This document shows, one piece after another, positions 18,487-28,386 of a DNA stretch of 63,300 nucleotides. The stretch spans positions 1 through 63,300 of the IMG/VR virus record IMGVR_UViG_3300010371_000039, one strand, 5' to 3'. The translations under genes were made by a program, and so were the position numbers. The DNA is from a virus (taxonomy: Duplodnaviria > Caudoviricetes). How positions within the stretch are numbered: the first letter of the stretch is position 1; every line of letters starts with the position of its first letter. The notes beneath the pieces were generated by a model, which worked only from the letters and a program-made list of their open reading frames with translations, did no database searches and was not told the DNA's origin.

Positions 18487-19062
18487 CTACTCGGCGCCGC
18501 TCGCCGGCTCAACGTCGCGGAATTTCGTACGCACAAGGCTGCGAGCCGCTGCGGGCGTTGCCTCAGTTGGATCACTCGGAGACTCGTCGGCGCCAGAGAA
18601 GTGCAGACGCGTGTCGATGACCTTGACGACGCGGTCGCTCGCCTTGAGCATCGCCTCGGTGGCCTTGAGCGCAGACTCCGCGGCCTTCATCACAGCGATG
18701 GTCGCGGCCGATTTCTGATCGGCGTCGACGCTCTCAAGGCTATCGAACAGCGCGATGGCCTCCTTGTGGAGGCGCGCGGCTACTTTGCCGAGACGCTCGC
18801 GCTCCCGCATGGCGCATTCGCGCTCGGCGTCCAGGCCATCCAGATCGCTGACGACGGTCTTCGTCAGGCGCTCGCGGACGACCGCTTTCGCGACCTCGCC
18901 GCGCTCCTGCCGCGTGCCGCGCAGTACCTTGGCGATGGCCTGATGGGTGATCTTCAGTCCGCGACTGGCGAGCAGCCACGCAGCAATGGCGCGACTGGAC
19001 TCCCCATCGGCAGCCTTCCGAAGGATCTCCTTTTCGATGACAGGCGTGATCTTGCGGGCCAT
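18487..19062 (-). CDS. terS: Terminase small subunit
   Basis: N-terminal HTH (SSRAIAAWL...ITHQAIAKVL) plus helices, directly upstream of terL. Confidence 0.7.
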   Translation of the reverse strand: MARKITPVIEKEILRKAADGESSRAIAAWLLASRGLKITHQAIAKVLRGTRQERGEVAKAVVRERLTKTVVSDLDGLDAERECAMRERERLGKVAARLHKEAIALFDSLESVDADQKSAATIAVMKAAESALKATEAMLKASDRVVKVIDTRLHFSGADESPSDPTEATPAAARSLVRTKFRDVEPASGAE

Positions 19063-19167
19063 TTGGCCTTCTCTCCGTTCACGGGTTACGCGACCCGGGG
19101 CGGGGTGGAGAGGGCGCCTCGTTGGGCGCCATCGTGTCAACTGCGGCTACGTGCCGTCGTCGGTTGT

Positions 19168-19338
19168 CTACTTGCCGCGTCGCCTTGCGCGCTCGCGGCG
19201 GGTGGCTTCCAGTTCTCGGAGGTCCATCGCGGCATCGGCGACGCCGTGCCAGTCGCGCTCTGCGACCTTGAGCCTGAGGTACTCGACCATCAGGCGAATG
19301 CGGTGGTCCAGGTCATCGACCGGACCCTGACGAGCCAT
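19168..19338 (-). CDS. Small hypothetical protein
   Basis: MARQGPVDDLDHRIRLMVEYLRLKVAERDWHGVADAAMDLRELE...; 56 aa, coupled start. Confidence 0.5.
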   Translation of the reverse strand: MARQGPVDDLDHRIRLMVEYLRLKVAERDWHGVADAAMDLRELEATRRERARRRGK

Positions 19339-19559
19339 CAGTTCTCGTCGTCGGTCGCCTCGGGCGCCGGAGCGGCCACCGGCTCGACGACAAGCTCCTT
19401 CTCGGGCTCCGTGTCATCGGCCTTGAGGATCGCCTCCACGTGTTCCGCGGTCTTCTTCACGCCGGACATGCCGACGTGGGCGGCGACCGCCTCGAGAGCG
19501 CGCGCCAGGTGGAGCAGCGCCTCGTTCTGGCGCTTCTCGTGGGTGAGGTCGTGCTTCAT
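19338..19559 (-). CDS. Hypothetical protein
   Basis: 73 aa with host-like codon usage. Confidence 0.55.
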   Translation of the reverse strand: MKHDLTHEKRQNEALLHLARALEAVAAHVGMSGVKKTAEHVEAILKADDTEPEKELVVEPVAAPAPEATDDEN

Positions 19560-19625
19560 CGGTGACGGGCCCTCTCACCCAGCTATGCGACGTTTCGTGT
19601 CCGCTGCGCGTCCGATGGTGTCCGG

Positions 19626-19961
19626 TCAGCCGCGCGTGACCACGCATCCTCGGCGGCGCGCCCGCCGCTCGACCGCCAGCAAGAGGGTGTCGACTGGCGC
19701 CTCGCGGCGCGCCGGCTCAAGCGTGTCCACGAGGGCGGCGAGGTGACGCGCGGTCGTGTACCGTCGGCGCCCGATCTGGACCGTCCGAAGCTTGCCCTCA
19801 TCGGCGAGGCGCACGGCGGCGCGGAGCTCCACCTTGTACGGCTTCAGCCCATCGGCAGTCAGCGGCACGAGCGCATCGGTAGACAACGACGCCTGGCGGT
19901 ATGCGTCCAGGGTGTCGAGCAGCACGTCGAGCGCGGCGTGGATGGCGGCGCGATCGGGCAT
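19626..19961 (-). CDS. Excisionase-like HTH protein
   Basis: EGKLRTVQIGRRRY wing motif. Confidence 0.6.
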   Translation of the reverse strand: MPDRAAIHAALDVLLDTLDAYRQASLSTDALVPLTADGLKPYKVELRAAVRLADEGKLRTVQIGRRRYTTARHLAALVDTLEPARREAPVDTLLLAVERRARRRGCVVTRG

Positions 19962-20350
19962 CAGCGCACCTCGTGCTTCGTGAGTTCCAGGCGCCCCGCG
20001 TCCGTGAGCACGATGCGTCCGCGCTCATCTCGGGCGAGACCGAGGCGCCGCAGTTCTCCCAGTTCGCGGGCGTCGGGCGAAGAGTGGAACGGCTGCGGGC
20101 CGGCAACCCATCGCAGAGCGGCAAGTAGGGCTGGCGTCACGCGCCAAGCCTACCACCGACACGGGCCGACGACGGCGCGGCGGATACATCGCCACACCGC
20201 TGGCAATAGGCCCACGTCTCGGGCCAGCGGAGCCAGACGTCGTGGGCGCAGTCGAGGCACCGAACGATGACCCAGAGGTGCGGCGGTATCCAGACCAGGA
20301 GGGCGCGCACGCCGGCCTATCGGCGGCCCGCCAGACGAGTTGCCGTCCGC

Positions 20351-20590
20351 TCAGTCGTCCGGATCGTGCGCTCGCGTTCGGCTCTTGCCGGCGATCTGCC
20401 GGGCCTCGTCGAAGATCCAGCGCTCGTGCTGCTCGTGGCGGCTACGTTGCCGGTCCGTCGGCGCTAGGATCGCCTCCATGGCCGCCGTCACCTCGACTCG
20501 GTTCGTGTCGTCGGCTTGCTGCTCCCGGGCGAGACGGCGGATCTCAGCTTCGGCGGCGGTGGTCGGGGTGACGCGTCGTCGGCGCTTCAT
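20351..20590 (-). CDS. Hypothetical protein
   Basis: ATGA-coupled ORF. Confidence 0.45.
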   Translation of the reverse strand: MKRRRRVTPTTAAEAEIRRLAREQQADDTNRVEVTAAMEAILAPTDRQRSRHEQHERWIFDEARQIAGKSRTRAHDPDD

Positions 20591-20792
20591 GTGAGCAGCC
20601 TCCGGGCCGTCTCGGCCGCCTCTCGGGTGGTGGTGATGGCCAGCACTTCGTCATCGGTGAAGTAGCCCTCGTGGATATCGTTCACCTGAAGACAGCCAAT
20701 ATCGGTTCCGACGATACGCACACGGCCACTCAACGACACTGGATCCAAGCCGCGCCTGTCTCGTGACGCACGCACAAGTACATATCGCCAGG

Positions 20793-21110
20793 TCACGCGC
20801 ACCTCCGCTCAAGGTTCGACACCCGCTGGGCCAAGTCCTGGTGTCGCTCGGCAAGCCGATCTACGACGTCGGCCAAGGCGAGGGTCGTGGCGCGCAGCTC
20901 GTCCACGCGGGCGGAGACACCATCGAGCCGGTCATCGGTGGAGCCTTGGGCAAGAGAGGCCGGGGTCACGTAGAGGCGCTTCCCGTCCTTGCGCACGAGG
21001 CTTGGCTGCTCGCGGGCGAGGCGCGCCAGGATGCGACGCGCTTGGCGCTCGCTGACGTTCCGTTCACGGGCGAGATCGCTCGCGTACAATCGCGTCTCGG
21101 TTGCGGTCAT
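20793..21110 (-). CDS. Winged-HTH DNA-binding protein
   Basis: ASDLARERNVSERQARRILARL...RKDGKRLYV. Confidence 0.65.
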   Translation of the reverse strand: MTATETRLYASDLARERNVSERQARRILARLAREQPSLVRKDGKRLYVTPASLAQGSTDDRLDGVSARVDELRATTLALADVVDRLAERHQDLAQRVSNLERRCA

Positions 21111-21175
21111 GACTTCTCCACGGGCCTCCAACCCATTGCCGCCGCGGCGTCGCGCGGGTGCCACGGCCTCTTTGC

Positions 21176-21448
21176 CTACGGCGGCTCGGCCGGCTCACGC
21201 GTCCCACGCTCGTGCGCTTCCAGCCGCGCAGCATCCACGTACCAGTAGCGTCCGCGGCGCGCTCCGATGGTATGCGCCAGGGCGCGCCACGCCTCGCGGC
21301 TATAGCCGGGCGGCGCCTCGCCCTTGCGCGTACTGTAGGTGCGCGGCTCGTCGGCGACAGCTAGCAGGCGCCTGAGTAGACTGTCCAGCTCCTCGCGCAC
21401 GATGCGCCGGACGGCAGCCTCGTCGAGCGCCTGCCGCGGACCTTTCAT
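21176..21448 (-). CDS. Hypothetical protein (possible Xis-like wing)
   Basis: GARRGRYWYVD; GAGG RBS. Confidence 0.45.
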   Translation of the reverse strand: MKGPRQALDEAAVRRIVREELDSLLRRLLAVADEPRTYSTRKGEAPPGYSREAWRALAHTIGARRGRYWYVDAARLEAHERGTREPAEPP

Positions 21449-21518
21449 GGGTCGCCTCTTTTCGGTCACGATGCTGCCGCCGTCGCGTCGTTCGCCGCAA
21501 GGGCAAGTTGCAGTGGCA

Positions 21519-21866
21519 TCATTCGATCTCCTTGGCGGCAGCCACGATGGCGGCCCATTCGCAGGTGATGGCGTGACCGTCAGCGCACGAATTGCCGCAC
21601 TCGGTACAGATGTCCGTGGCGGCGTCCCACAACTCGTGCTTGAGCACCAGCGCCAGCGCGCGCTTGCCGAGAACGGCGACATTGGCACGAACAACCGCGT
21701 GGTCCTCATCGCGACCGAGCATCGTGCCCACGCACTCGTGGTCACCTTCTGCGAGATCGCCAATGCAGAACGACGCGCCGGCCATATTGCGCGACGGACC
21801 GTTGTGGGGGCCCTCGTAGCTCCAGTAGCCCCACTCCTCCGCCAGCACCTCTTCGAGCTTGGTCAT
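21519..21866 (-). CDS. Hypothetical protein
   Basis: Coupled start; CTEC...H...C. Confidence 0.5.
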   Translation of the reverse strand: MTKLEEVLAEEWGYWSYEGPHNGPSRNMAGASFCIGDLAEGDHECVGTMLGRDEDHAVVRANVAVLGKRALALVLKHELWDAATDICTECGNSCADGHAITCEWAAIVAAAKEIE

Positions 21867-22014
21867 CGCCGCCCCTTCTTTTCGACGAAGGTCCACCAGT
21901 TCACGCCGAAGCCGGTGCCTTCGTCGAAGCGAGCCGCAATCTCGATCGCCTCCACGGCTTTCTTGCCGCACGCCATCGCGGCGAGCGCGTAGGGGCTGCC
22001 GCGATGGTGGTCAC
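21863..22014 (-). pseudogene. Internally deleted Ntn-hydrolase (HslV/proteasome-beta-like) gene
   Basis: Starts MTTIA; immediately in another frame GSPYALAAMACGKKAVEAIEIAARFDEGTG, the family's C-terminal motif. Confidence 0.65.
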
Positions 22015-22238
22015 GGGATCTCGTCCAGCGCTACTTGGATTCGATCGCAGGCCTCACGCAGTTTCGCCGCCTGATGGTTCATGATGTCTCGGACGGACTG
22101 CGGCGTGTCCAGGTTGTATCGACGGCGCTCGTCGGTCATGCTCGCGAGCGCGCCTGCCGTGAGTCGCATCTGGTCCGCGACCTCTTGGAGCAACACCTCC
22201 GCCCTTACGGCCCTGCCCTGCCAGTCGATATCCTTCAC
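22011..22238 (-). CDS. Hypothetical coiled-coil protein
   Basis: Coupled ORF. Confidence 0.5.
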   Translation of the reverse strand: MKDIDWQGRAVRAEVLLQEVADQMRLTAGALASMTDERRRYNLDTPQSVRDIMNHQAAKLREACDRIQVALDEIP

Positions 22239-23467
22239 GCCGCCTCCGACATCTCGCGCGTCGCGCGCGCGTACAGCTGCTGGGCACGATTGACGAGCGA
22301 CTCGGCCTCGGCCCGGATGGCCGCAATGGTCTCGCGCGCCGCAGCATCAGGCGCCAACGTCCTGCCCTTTCCCGCCGCTGCGACGGCGCAGTCATAAAGC
22401 ACTTCTTTAGAAGTACGCACCCACTCAACGCCGTCGACCGCCTTCCACTTCGCCAGCGTCTCGACGGTGGCGACCATGGCCGGATCGGGCTTCTCCTGCG
22501 CATCCACGTAGCCGCGGAGCGACCGCCAGAAGCCCACGAGCTTCGTGCGTGTGCGCCACTGCCGCATGGTCTTGAGGCTCTCGGCGGCGCTCTCGGGAAT
22601 GACAGCCCACCGCTCGGAGCTTGCGATCGTATGCGCGATGGCCTCCTCGAACCGAGTGTCGCGCTCGCGCTGGCCGTCCTGAATGATCTTGCGGCGCCAC
22701 TTGGCCAGCGCCTTCGTTTGCAGCGCCACAGGGGTCAGCACGCCGAGACTCCCGTGCGCCGAGGCGCGCTCCTCTGCCAGCGCGTACCGCGCCTCGAGCA
22801 CGCGCTGTGCCCATGCCGGTAGCTGCGCGAGAACACCACGGACACGCCGCATCTGCGCGCTGGCGTCGAGCAGGTCGGCCATCGCGTCGTCCCAGGAGCC
22901 GTACCGCGCGCCGCCGGCGCCGTGGCCCACGTCGAGGATCTCCGTCCACGCGGCTCCGTGTCGGTGGTGGCCCGCGTCTTCGCACTCTCCGTGGGGGCCG
23001 TAGTGCTCACGCAGTGGCGTCGGACGCGCCTCGGTATCTGGGTTCGTCGACTCGCCGACACGCCGGCACATCTCTCCGAAGGAAGAGCGCAGGTCCACCG
23101 AACGGCCCCCGTGGGAGAAATACCGCTCGAGCGCGCGCGCCTCAAATGGACCGAAGAGGCCTTGGTGCATGTCGCGCGACCGCGGCGTGTACGTCGGCCC
23201 ATCGGGGCCCTTGCGGGCCCGCTCGATCGCCGCGCACTGCGTGCACCGCCACTGGTCGATCGATGCCTTGGCGGCGACGCAGGGCCGCACAACGGCGCGC
23301 ATTCCGGCCTCTCGGCACGACTTGACGCCTTCGCGCTCGAGGAAGGCGCGGTCCTCCTCGGGCAGTCCGAGCCCCACATCCGCATGGCACTCCGCGCAGA
23401 GACCGAGCCACAGCAGGTCGGCGCGGGTGGGGACACGGCAGTTGTCGCAGGGCTCGAGAGGAGTCAT
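22235..23467 (-). CDS. Hypothetical 410-aa protein, candidate late regulator
   Basis: N-terminal CxxC pairs; VLAQLPAWAQRVLEARY resembles the entry to a sigma region 4/Q-like domain; upstream of the late genes. Confidence 0.45.
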   Translation of the reverse strand: MTPLEPCDNCRVPTRADLLWLGLCAECHADVGLGLPEEDRAFLEREGVKSCREAGMRAVVRPCVAAKASIDQWRCTQCAAIERARKGPDGPTYTPRSRDMHQGLFGPFEARALERYFSHGGRSVDLRSSFGEMCRRVGESTNPDTEARPTPLREHYGPHGECEDAGHHRHGAAWTEILDVGHGAGGARYGSWDDAMADLLDASAQMRRVRGVLAQLPAWAQRVLEARYALAEERASAHGSLGVLTPVALQTKALAKWRRKIIQDGQRERDTRFEEAIAHTIASSERWAVIPESAAESLKTMRQWRTRTKLVGFWRSLRGYVDAQEKPDPAMVATVETLAKWKAVDGVEWVRTSKEVLYDCAVAAAGKGRTLAPDAAARETIAAIRAEAESLVNRAQQLYARATREMSEAA

Positions 23468-24159
23468 CGCGGCACCGCCCAGAGGAACGGGTTGCCCGTC
23501 TCGCCGCGGGTGCGCGGTACCGACTCGACGACGTATCCGATCTCGTCGAGCAGAGGCACAAGCTCCTCTCGGATTCCCACGCAGTGCGGGATCTCGTGGG
23601 CGTTCGGAGCGTCCTCCGAAATCGTATGGTCCTCGATGAGGAGCTTCGGGTGGAAGCGATCGAGCGTCCGAAGACCGGAGCGCATGATGGGAAGTTCCGC
23701 GCCCTCGGCGTCGCAGTGGATGCGGTCGAGGCGCGTCACCTGGGGCAGCATCTCGACCAGCTCGTCGAGCGTCCGCACCAAGACGTCGTCTTTACCGCCG
23801 AAGTTGCGGACGGCGGAGGCGCGGAACGATTCGGGTACCGGCGACTCGTTCCAGAGGAGCCCTTGCACCAGCCAGCAGCGCTCACCCCACCCGTTCGCGC
23901 CCACGCTGCGCGCGAGGTTGTCCGTCGCGATTGACGCCGGCTCCACGGCCACCACGAACGCCCCCTGCGCGAGCGCCGGCAGCACGTAGCCGCCCCACGA
24001 GGCGCCGATGCAAAGCACGACCTCGCCCGGCCGGATGTTCGTCCAGAAACGCTCCTTGATGTCCATCTCGTCGCGAAACTCGGTCTGCCCATATGGATAG
24101 GTCGCGGGGCTCACGACTCGGAACGCGAGCCCGCCAAGCCACTCGGTGGAGAACATCAC
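23464..24159 (-). CDS. FkbM-family methyltransferase
   Basis: IGASWGGY, VAVEP, VRTLDEL, DAEGAE, PKLLIE. Confidence 0.85.
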   Translation of the reverse strand: MMFSTEWLGGLAFRVVSPATYPYGQTEFRDEMDIKERFWTNIRPGEVVLCIGASWGGYVLPALAQGAFVVAVEPASIATDNLARSVGANGWGERCWLVQGLLWNESPVPESFRASAVRNFGGKDDVLVRTLDELVEMLPQVTRLDRIHCDAEGAELPIMRSGLRTLDRFHPKLLIEDHTISEDAPNAHEIPHCVGIREELVPLLDEIGYVVESVPRTRGETGNPFLWAVPR

Positions 24160-24872
24160 GCAGCCTCCTTGCCAGCAGAGGCGTAGCTACCGTTCCAGCG
24201 TTTGTATGTCTTGATCTCTGACAGAGTGGACGGGCTGATACCAAATGCCACGGCCAAGTCGCCCTGCTGTACTCCCGCTTCGACCCAAAAGCGGAGGCAT
24301 TCAATGTCGGCCACCGACAGCTTCCCCCTCCTTCGACGCGTATGCGGGACCTCGTCCGGACGTTGCGACACCGGGGCGTCGACGCGCGCACGAAGGGCGT
24401 GTACGAGCGCCTCCAACTCCTCGATCGACGCGTCGTTCTTGATTGTGTTGGCCCTGTAGCTAATAACCCATACGTTCCCGTGAACGTACCCAAGCTCCGG
24501 GCGAATACGATCTAGCGTAGGCGACGAGGCCCGGTCGACCTTACCTACAGCGGGAGACAACTCCGTCCCGAGAAGCGGACAACGATCGGGAATCACAATG
24601 TCGGACAGGCGCAGGTCGAACGGTAACCCCAGCAATCTGGCCCTGCGGCGCGCATTCGCCAATAGTTCCTTCTCAGGACACAATTGCCACCTAACAAATG
24701 AAGAGGCTCGCTCTAGCGAGCGTGCACGGTCTCTAGTCATCGACAAGTATACTGCGCGCCGGTCGGCGTTCCTGTTGTGCCAAACAGACATATAATGAAC
24801 GTTGCAGAGACCTACTGCTCGAGCAGGTGCACCACACGCGCATGTACCTCTGGACCCCGCTACGCCTTTCAC
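24156..24872 (-). CDS. HNH homing endonuclease with C-terminal HTH
   Basis: CPLLG...PTLDRIRPELGYVHGNVWVISYRANTIKN; QGDLAVAFGISPSTLSEIK; lower GC than flanks. Confidence 0.85.
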   Translation of the reverse strand: MKGVAGSRGTCACGAPARAVGLCNVHYMSVWHNRNADRRAVYLSMTRDRARSLERASSFVRWQLCPEKELLANARRRARLLGLPFDLRLSDIVIPDRCPLLGTELSPAVGKVDRASSPTLDRIRPELGYVHGNVWVISYRANTIKNDASIEELEALVHALRARVDAPVSQRPDEVPHTRRRRGKLSVADIECLRFWVEAGVQQGDLAVAFGISPSTLSEIKTYKRWNGSYASAGKEAA

Positions 24873-25993
24873 GCTGCCTCCGGCTTCGGAGCCAGACGTC
24901 GGCTTCTCGCAAGCCCATCTTCGATGATCCCGTCCAGCACGTGCGCCGCCGCATCGAAGGTGTATGCCTTCGCGAATTCGCGCCCACGTTCACTCGCTCG
25001 CTGTGCGGCGCTGCTATCCGTGATCATCTTCGCGACCGCCTGAACGAAGGAGCCCATGTAATCACGCGCCGGCGATTGCACCAGGCATACGCCGCTGCCG
25101 TTGTAGATCGACTCCAGCGCATCCGCTGGCGACAACACCACCGGAATGCCTATAGCCAACGACTCAAGCACTGTAATGCTAAAGGTCTCACATGGACTCG
25201 AGAGCTCGAAGGGCAGCGCCACGCACGCAGCCTGCGACAATTCAGATAGCAACGTCTTACGCGGCATCCGCCCAAGTAGCTTGAAGCCGCCTGCTTTCGC
25301 GGCGACCTCGAGTCCATACTTCAGTTCCTGCGCGCGCTGCCAGAAGTAGCCACCCGCGAGGGCTGCGTGGTCCCCCATCGTGATCGTCTCGTGTGGCTCG
25401 CCCACCACGTGCAGCACGGCGTTCGGGACGCGTCGACGGATCTCCGGCCACGCCGAAAGGAGCAGGTGCAGCCCGCGATCGGGGCTCGTGTGGTACAGGA
25501 CCCGTCCCGGCTCCGGCTTCCACTCCACGCCATCGAGCCCCTCGATCGCGTTCGGGAGCGTGCGCCACTCTCCGTGCGGGTAGTGCGTGCGCTGCAAGTA
25601 CTCGGTCGCCCAGTCGCACGGCGCCGTGTGGACGTCTCCCCAGGGCCAAGCGTGGAACGGGAGCAGCGTGTGATGGCTCGCGATGCGAAGCCGCGCGCCG
25701 TTGCCCATGAGCGGCCGCACGTCGTAGTACGCGAAGGCCACGTCGGGCGCGGCGTACTGGCCCGTCTCCGTGATTCGGATGTAGTCGACGCAGTCGACGG
25801 TCGTCTTGCGATCACGGAAGGTCGAGAAGGCCTTCACGTCGTACTTGCCAAGGCGACCCATGGCGCGCACGAGACCCATGAAACCCGCCTTCGAGCCGCC
25901 CCCCCGCGCGCCACCCGTCGGATCGCGCGGATCGAGGACGCAATTGCCGGCAGCTTCCGGCGTGAGGATCATGAACAAAGTCGGCTTCGCCAT
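24869..25993 (-). CDS. GT-B (GT4-like) glycosyltransferase
   Basis: YHTSPDRGLHLLL; EX7E motif ETFSITVLE. Confidence 0.9.
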   Translation of the reverse strand: MAKPTLFMILTPEAAGNCVLDPRDPTGGARGGGSKAGFMGLVRAMGRLGKYDVKAFSTFRDRKTTVDCVDYIRITETGQYAAPDVAFAYYDVRPLMGNGARLRIASHHTLLPFHAWPWGDVHTAPCDWATEYLQRTHYPHGEWRTLPNAIEGLDGVEWKPEPGRVLYHTSPDRGLHLLLSAWPEIRRRVPNAVLHVVGEPHETITMGDHAALAGGYFWQRAQELKYGLEVAAKAGGFKLLGRMPRKTLLSELSQAACVALPFELSSPCETFSITVLESLAIGIPVVLSPADALESIYNGSGVCLVQSPARDYMGSFVQAVAKMITDSSAAQRASERGREFAKAYTFDAAAHVLDGIIEDGLARSRRLAPKPEAA

Positions 25994-28386
25994 CACGCGG
26001 CCTCTCTTCCGCTCTCCACGAGCAGTTCCCGCATCAGGGTCTCCCACTGCGCGGCGACCCCAGACCAGGCGAACCGATCGCGCGTTCTCTTTGCCAGCGC
26101 ATTGCGGTCTTCCCAGTCCGGGACACCCCCTCGAATCATCAAGTCGCGCGAGCGTGGGCCCATAGCCATCGCCGCGACGATCTCAGTCACCCAGCGTTGC
26201 GCGCCTCCCTCGTCGTTCGGCTCCACATCGATGAGCACCCCGCCGTCGCCAACCGTCTCCGGGAGTGCCCCAAGATGTGTCGCGATGACGCGGCAGCCGG
26301 AAGCCATGGCCTCGATCGCGCCGATGCAGGATACCTCATAGAATTCACGATCGTTGGCGGTGTCCCAGCTTGGATGAAGCCAGACCCCGGCTTGCGCCAT
26401 CTCTTCGTAGAGGCGCGCGGGCGGCACGCGGCCCAGCATCCGCACGCCGCGATCGGCCATCAGGTCTAGGCGCGTCTCCAGCGCGTTGATCCGCGCGAGC
26501 GCCTCGCTATCGCCGTTGGCGCTCGCCATCTTCTCCCAGGTCTCGAAGCCGTAGGCGACCAGCAGTTCCGCGTTGGGAACAACAGCGCGCACGCGGGGCC
26601 ACCAGTCGAGGAGAAGCTCCAGGCCACGCGTGGGGCTCGATGAGTAGATCGCGCGCTCCGAGTAGCGCGGCAGGCCGTCGCACGCTTCAAACATCGACGG
26701 CAGGACGCCGTTACGCGTGACGACGATCTGCTCGGATCGAATTTCCGGGTGTTGCTGCAAGAGGCACTCGCGGTGCCACTCCGATAGCGCCAGCACGCGA
26801 TCCGCAAGCGCGGCGCCCCACTCGCTCATGCCTCCGAGCACCACGTCATGGGCCCACGCCAGACGCACCTTCGCCGGCACCACCTCGAGCAACCGCATGT
26901 CGCGCCAGGCCACCAGGACATCGCACGGCGCCGCCCTGGCCATGTCCTGCGTCGGGCGCCAGTCGACGCCCTCGTAGTGGCCCGCGCCTGCGCCGACGCT
27001 CGTGTAGACGCGCACGCGGTGACCTAGGGCCGCCAGCTCACGGGCCATGTGGGCGACAGCCTGCTCGCTGCCCCCGATGCCGTGCCGCTCGATGGTCGCC
27101 GGATTCCACGCCTCCCATGCGTCGCCGCACGCAAAGACGATGTCGAGGCAGCCCGCAGGCCGCGTCATTTTCACGCCGAGACGCTCGGCCACCGTGTCGC
27201 GCACGTCCAGGCGGATATCGCCCTTCGTGTGGAGCGCCATGGCCTTGCGCGCAACGCGGTCGGTATCACGCAACGCCGCCTGCGTACTCTGGCCCGCGAG
27301 CTCCGCCTCGTAGAGAAGCTCATTCTGCCGCAGGCTCGCATCGTCGGGCATGTGCGCGAGGGCCACTCGCACGCTCTCGAGGGCCCCGCGCGTGTCCCCC
27401 AGTTCTGCCAGCGCCACGTTGAGCGTCGCGTGAATGTAGGCGACGCGGTCGAGGGGATTCACCCATAGACGCGTCTGCGTGGGCGGCGCCGCCAGGCCTG
27501 CGCGCGCGTGATAGGCGATCTGCTCGAAGTCGGACCGCGCGCCGGTCTCGCTCGCGCGCACGTGCCACGCTCTCGCCAGTGCGAAGCTGCACTCGGCCCA
27601 TGGCCTCGCGTCGAGCGCCACCTGCGCCCAATGGATTGCGCCCTCCGCGTCGTGCTCGCGCGCTGCAATCCACGATAGGCGCATGGCCGCGATGGCCCGC
27701 TCGTCAGGATGCATGTCGCGCGGCAGTAGATCCTCGAAGACGCGCGCCGAATCCGCGAATCTGCCCGCGTCGAAGTATCCAAGTCCCAGGTAGAACCGTG
27801 CGCGGCTGGATTCCGGGTCCCGCTTCGTCCACCGCTCGAGGATCCGTAGGTTGCGAGCGAAGTCCGGCTTGCCCTTGCGACGGTGGATGATCGTCACCGC
27901 GTCGGTCTCGCCGCGCGATACCGGTGTCATCTCGGTCACAAGAACCTCGTGCACCGGGTCCTGCCATCGCCACGCGCCAATCGGCTTCACGATCCGCTCG
28001 CGCGTTTGGACACACGTAGCCCGGCCCTTCTCGTCGACCTCGTAGAGATACGGCAACTCGATGAACGCCGTCCCTTTGGGCATCGTGCTGACGAGTTCCC
28101 GGAGCCGCTCGCCGCCTTGCAATTCGTCGTCCGAGTCGATCCAGATCGCAGCGTCGCCGGTGGCCAGGTCGAAGCTATGCTGCCGCGCCATCGCGAAGTC
28201 CGCGATGCCTTCGGAATCGTTGCAGTCCGTGAAGGTCTCGTAGATGTCGGCCAGTGGCCGCGCGATCTCTCCGGCCTCCTGCGCCGTGCCCACGATCACG
28301 ATCTCGTCGACGTGCGGGCGAATCGAGGCGACGGCTGCCGGGAGCGACGGCTCGCCTTTCGTGATGAGGCACGCCGATAGCCTCAC
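25993..28386 (-). CDS. GT2-TPR-GT4 fusion glycosyltransferase
   Basis: LSACLITK, FAMARQHS, WIDSDDEL (DxD), VHE; TPR repeats; GIGGSEQA, YSSSPTRGL, EX7E motif EVSCIGAIE. Confidence 0.92.
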   Translation of the reverse strand: MRLSACLITKGEPSLPAAVASIRPHVDEIVIVGTAQEAGEIARPLADIYETFTDCNDSEGIADFAMARQHSFDLATGDAAIWIDSDDELQGGERLRELVSTMPKGTAFIELPYLYEVDEKGRATCVQTRERIVKPIGAWRWQDPVHEVLVTEMTPVSRGETDAVTIIHRRKGKPDFARNLRILERWTKRDPESSRARFYLGLGYFDAGRFADSARVFEDLLPRDMHPDERAIAAMRLSWIAAREHDAEGAIHWAQVALDARPWAECSFALARAWHVRASETGARSDFEQIAYHARAGLAAPPTQTRLWVNPLDRVAYIHATLNVALAELGDTRGALESVRVALAHMPDDASLRQNELLYEAELAGQSTQAALRDTDRVARKAMALHTKGDIRLDVRDTVAERLGVKMTRPAGCLDIVFACGDAWEAWNPATIERHGIGGSEQAVAHMARELAALGHRVRVYTSVGAGAGHYEGVDWRPTQDMARAAPCDVLVAWRDMRLLEVVPAKVRLAWAHDVVLGGMSEWGAALADRVLALSEWHRECLLQQHPEIRSEQIVVTRNGVLPSMFEACDGLPRYSERAIYSSSPTRGLELLLDWWPRVRAVVPNAELLVAYGFETWEKMASANGDSEALARINALETRLDLMADRGVRMLGRVPPARLYEEMAQAGVWLHPSWDTANDREFYEVSCIGAIEAMASGCRVIATHLGALPETVGDGGVLIDVEPNDEGGAQRWVTEIVAAMAMGPRSRDLMIRGGVPDWEDRNALAKRTRDRFAWSGVAAQWETLMRELLVESGREAA

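Noticed and set aside
19135-19160. Late promoter upstream of terS (TTGACA; CGGCACG...GC)
   Set aside because: No -10 at proper spacing and sigma54 spacing is off by one; cannot support
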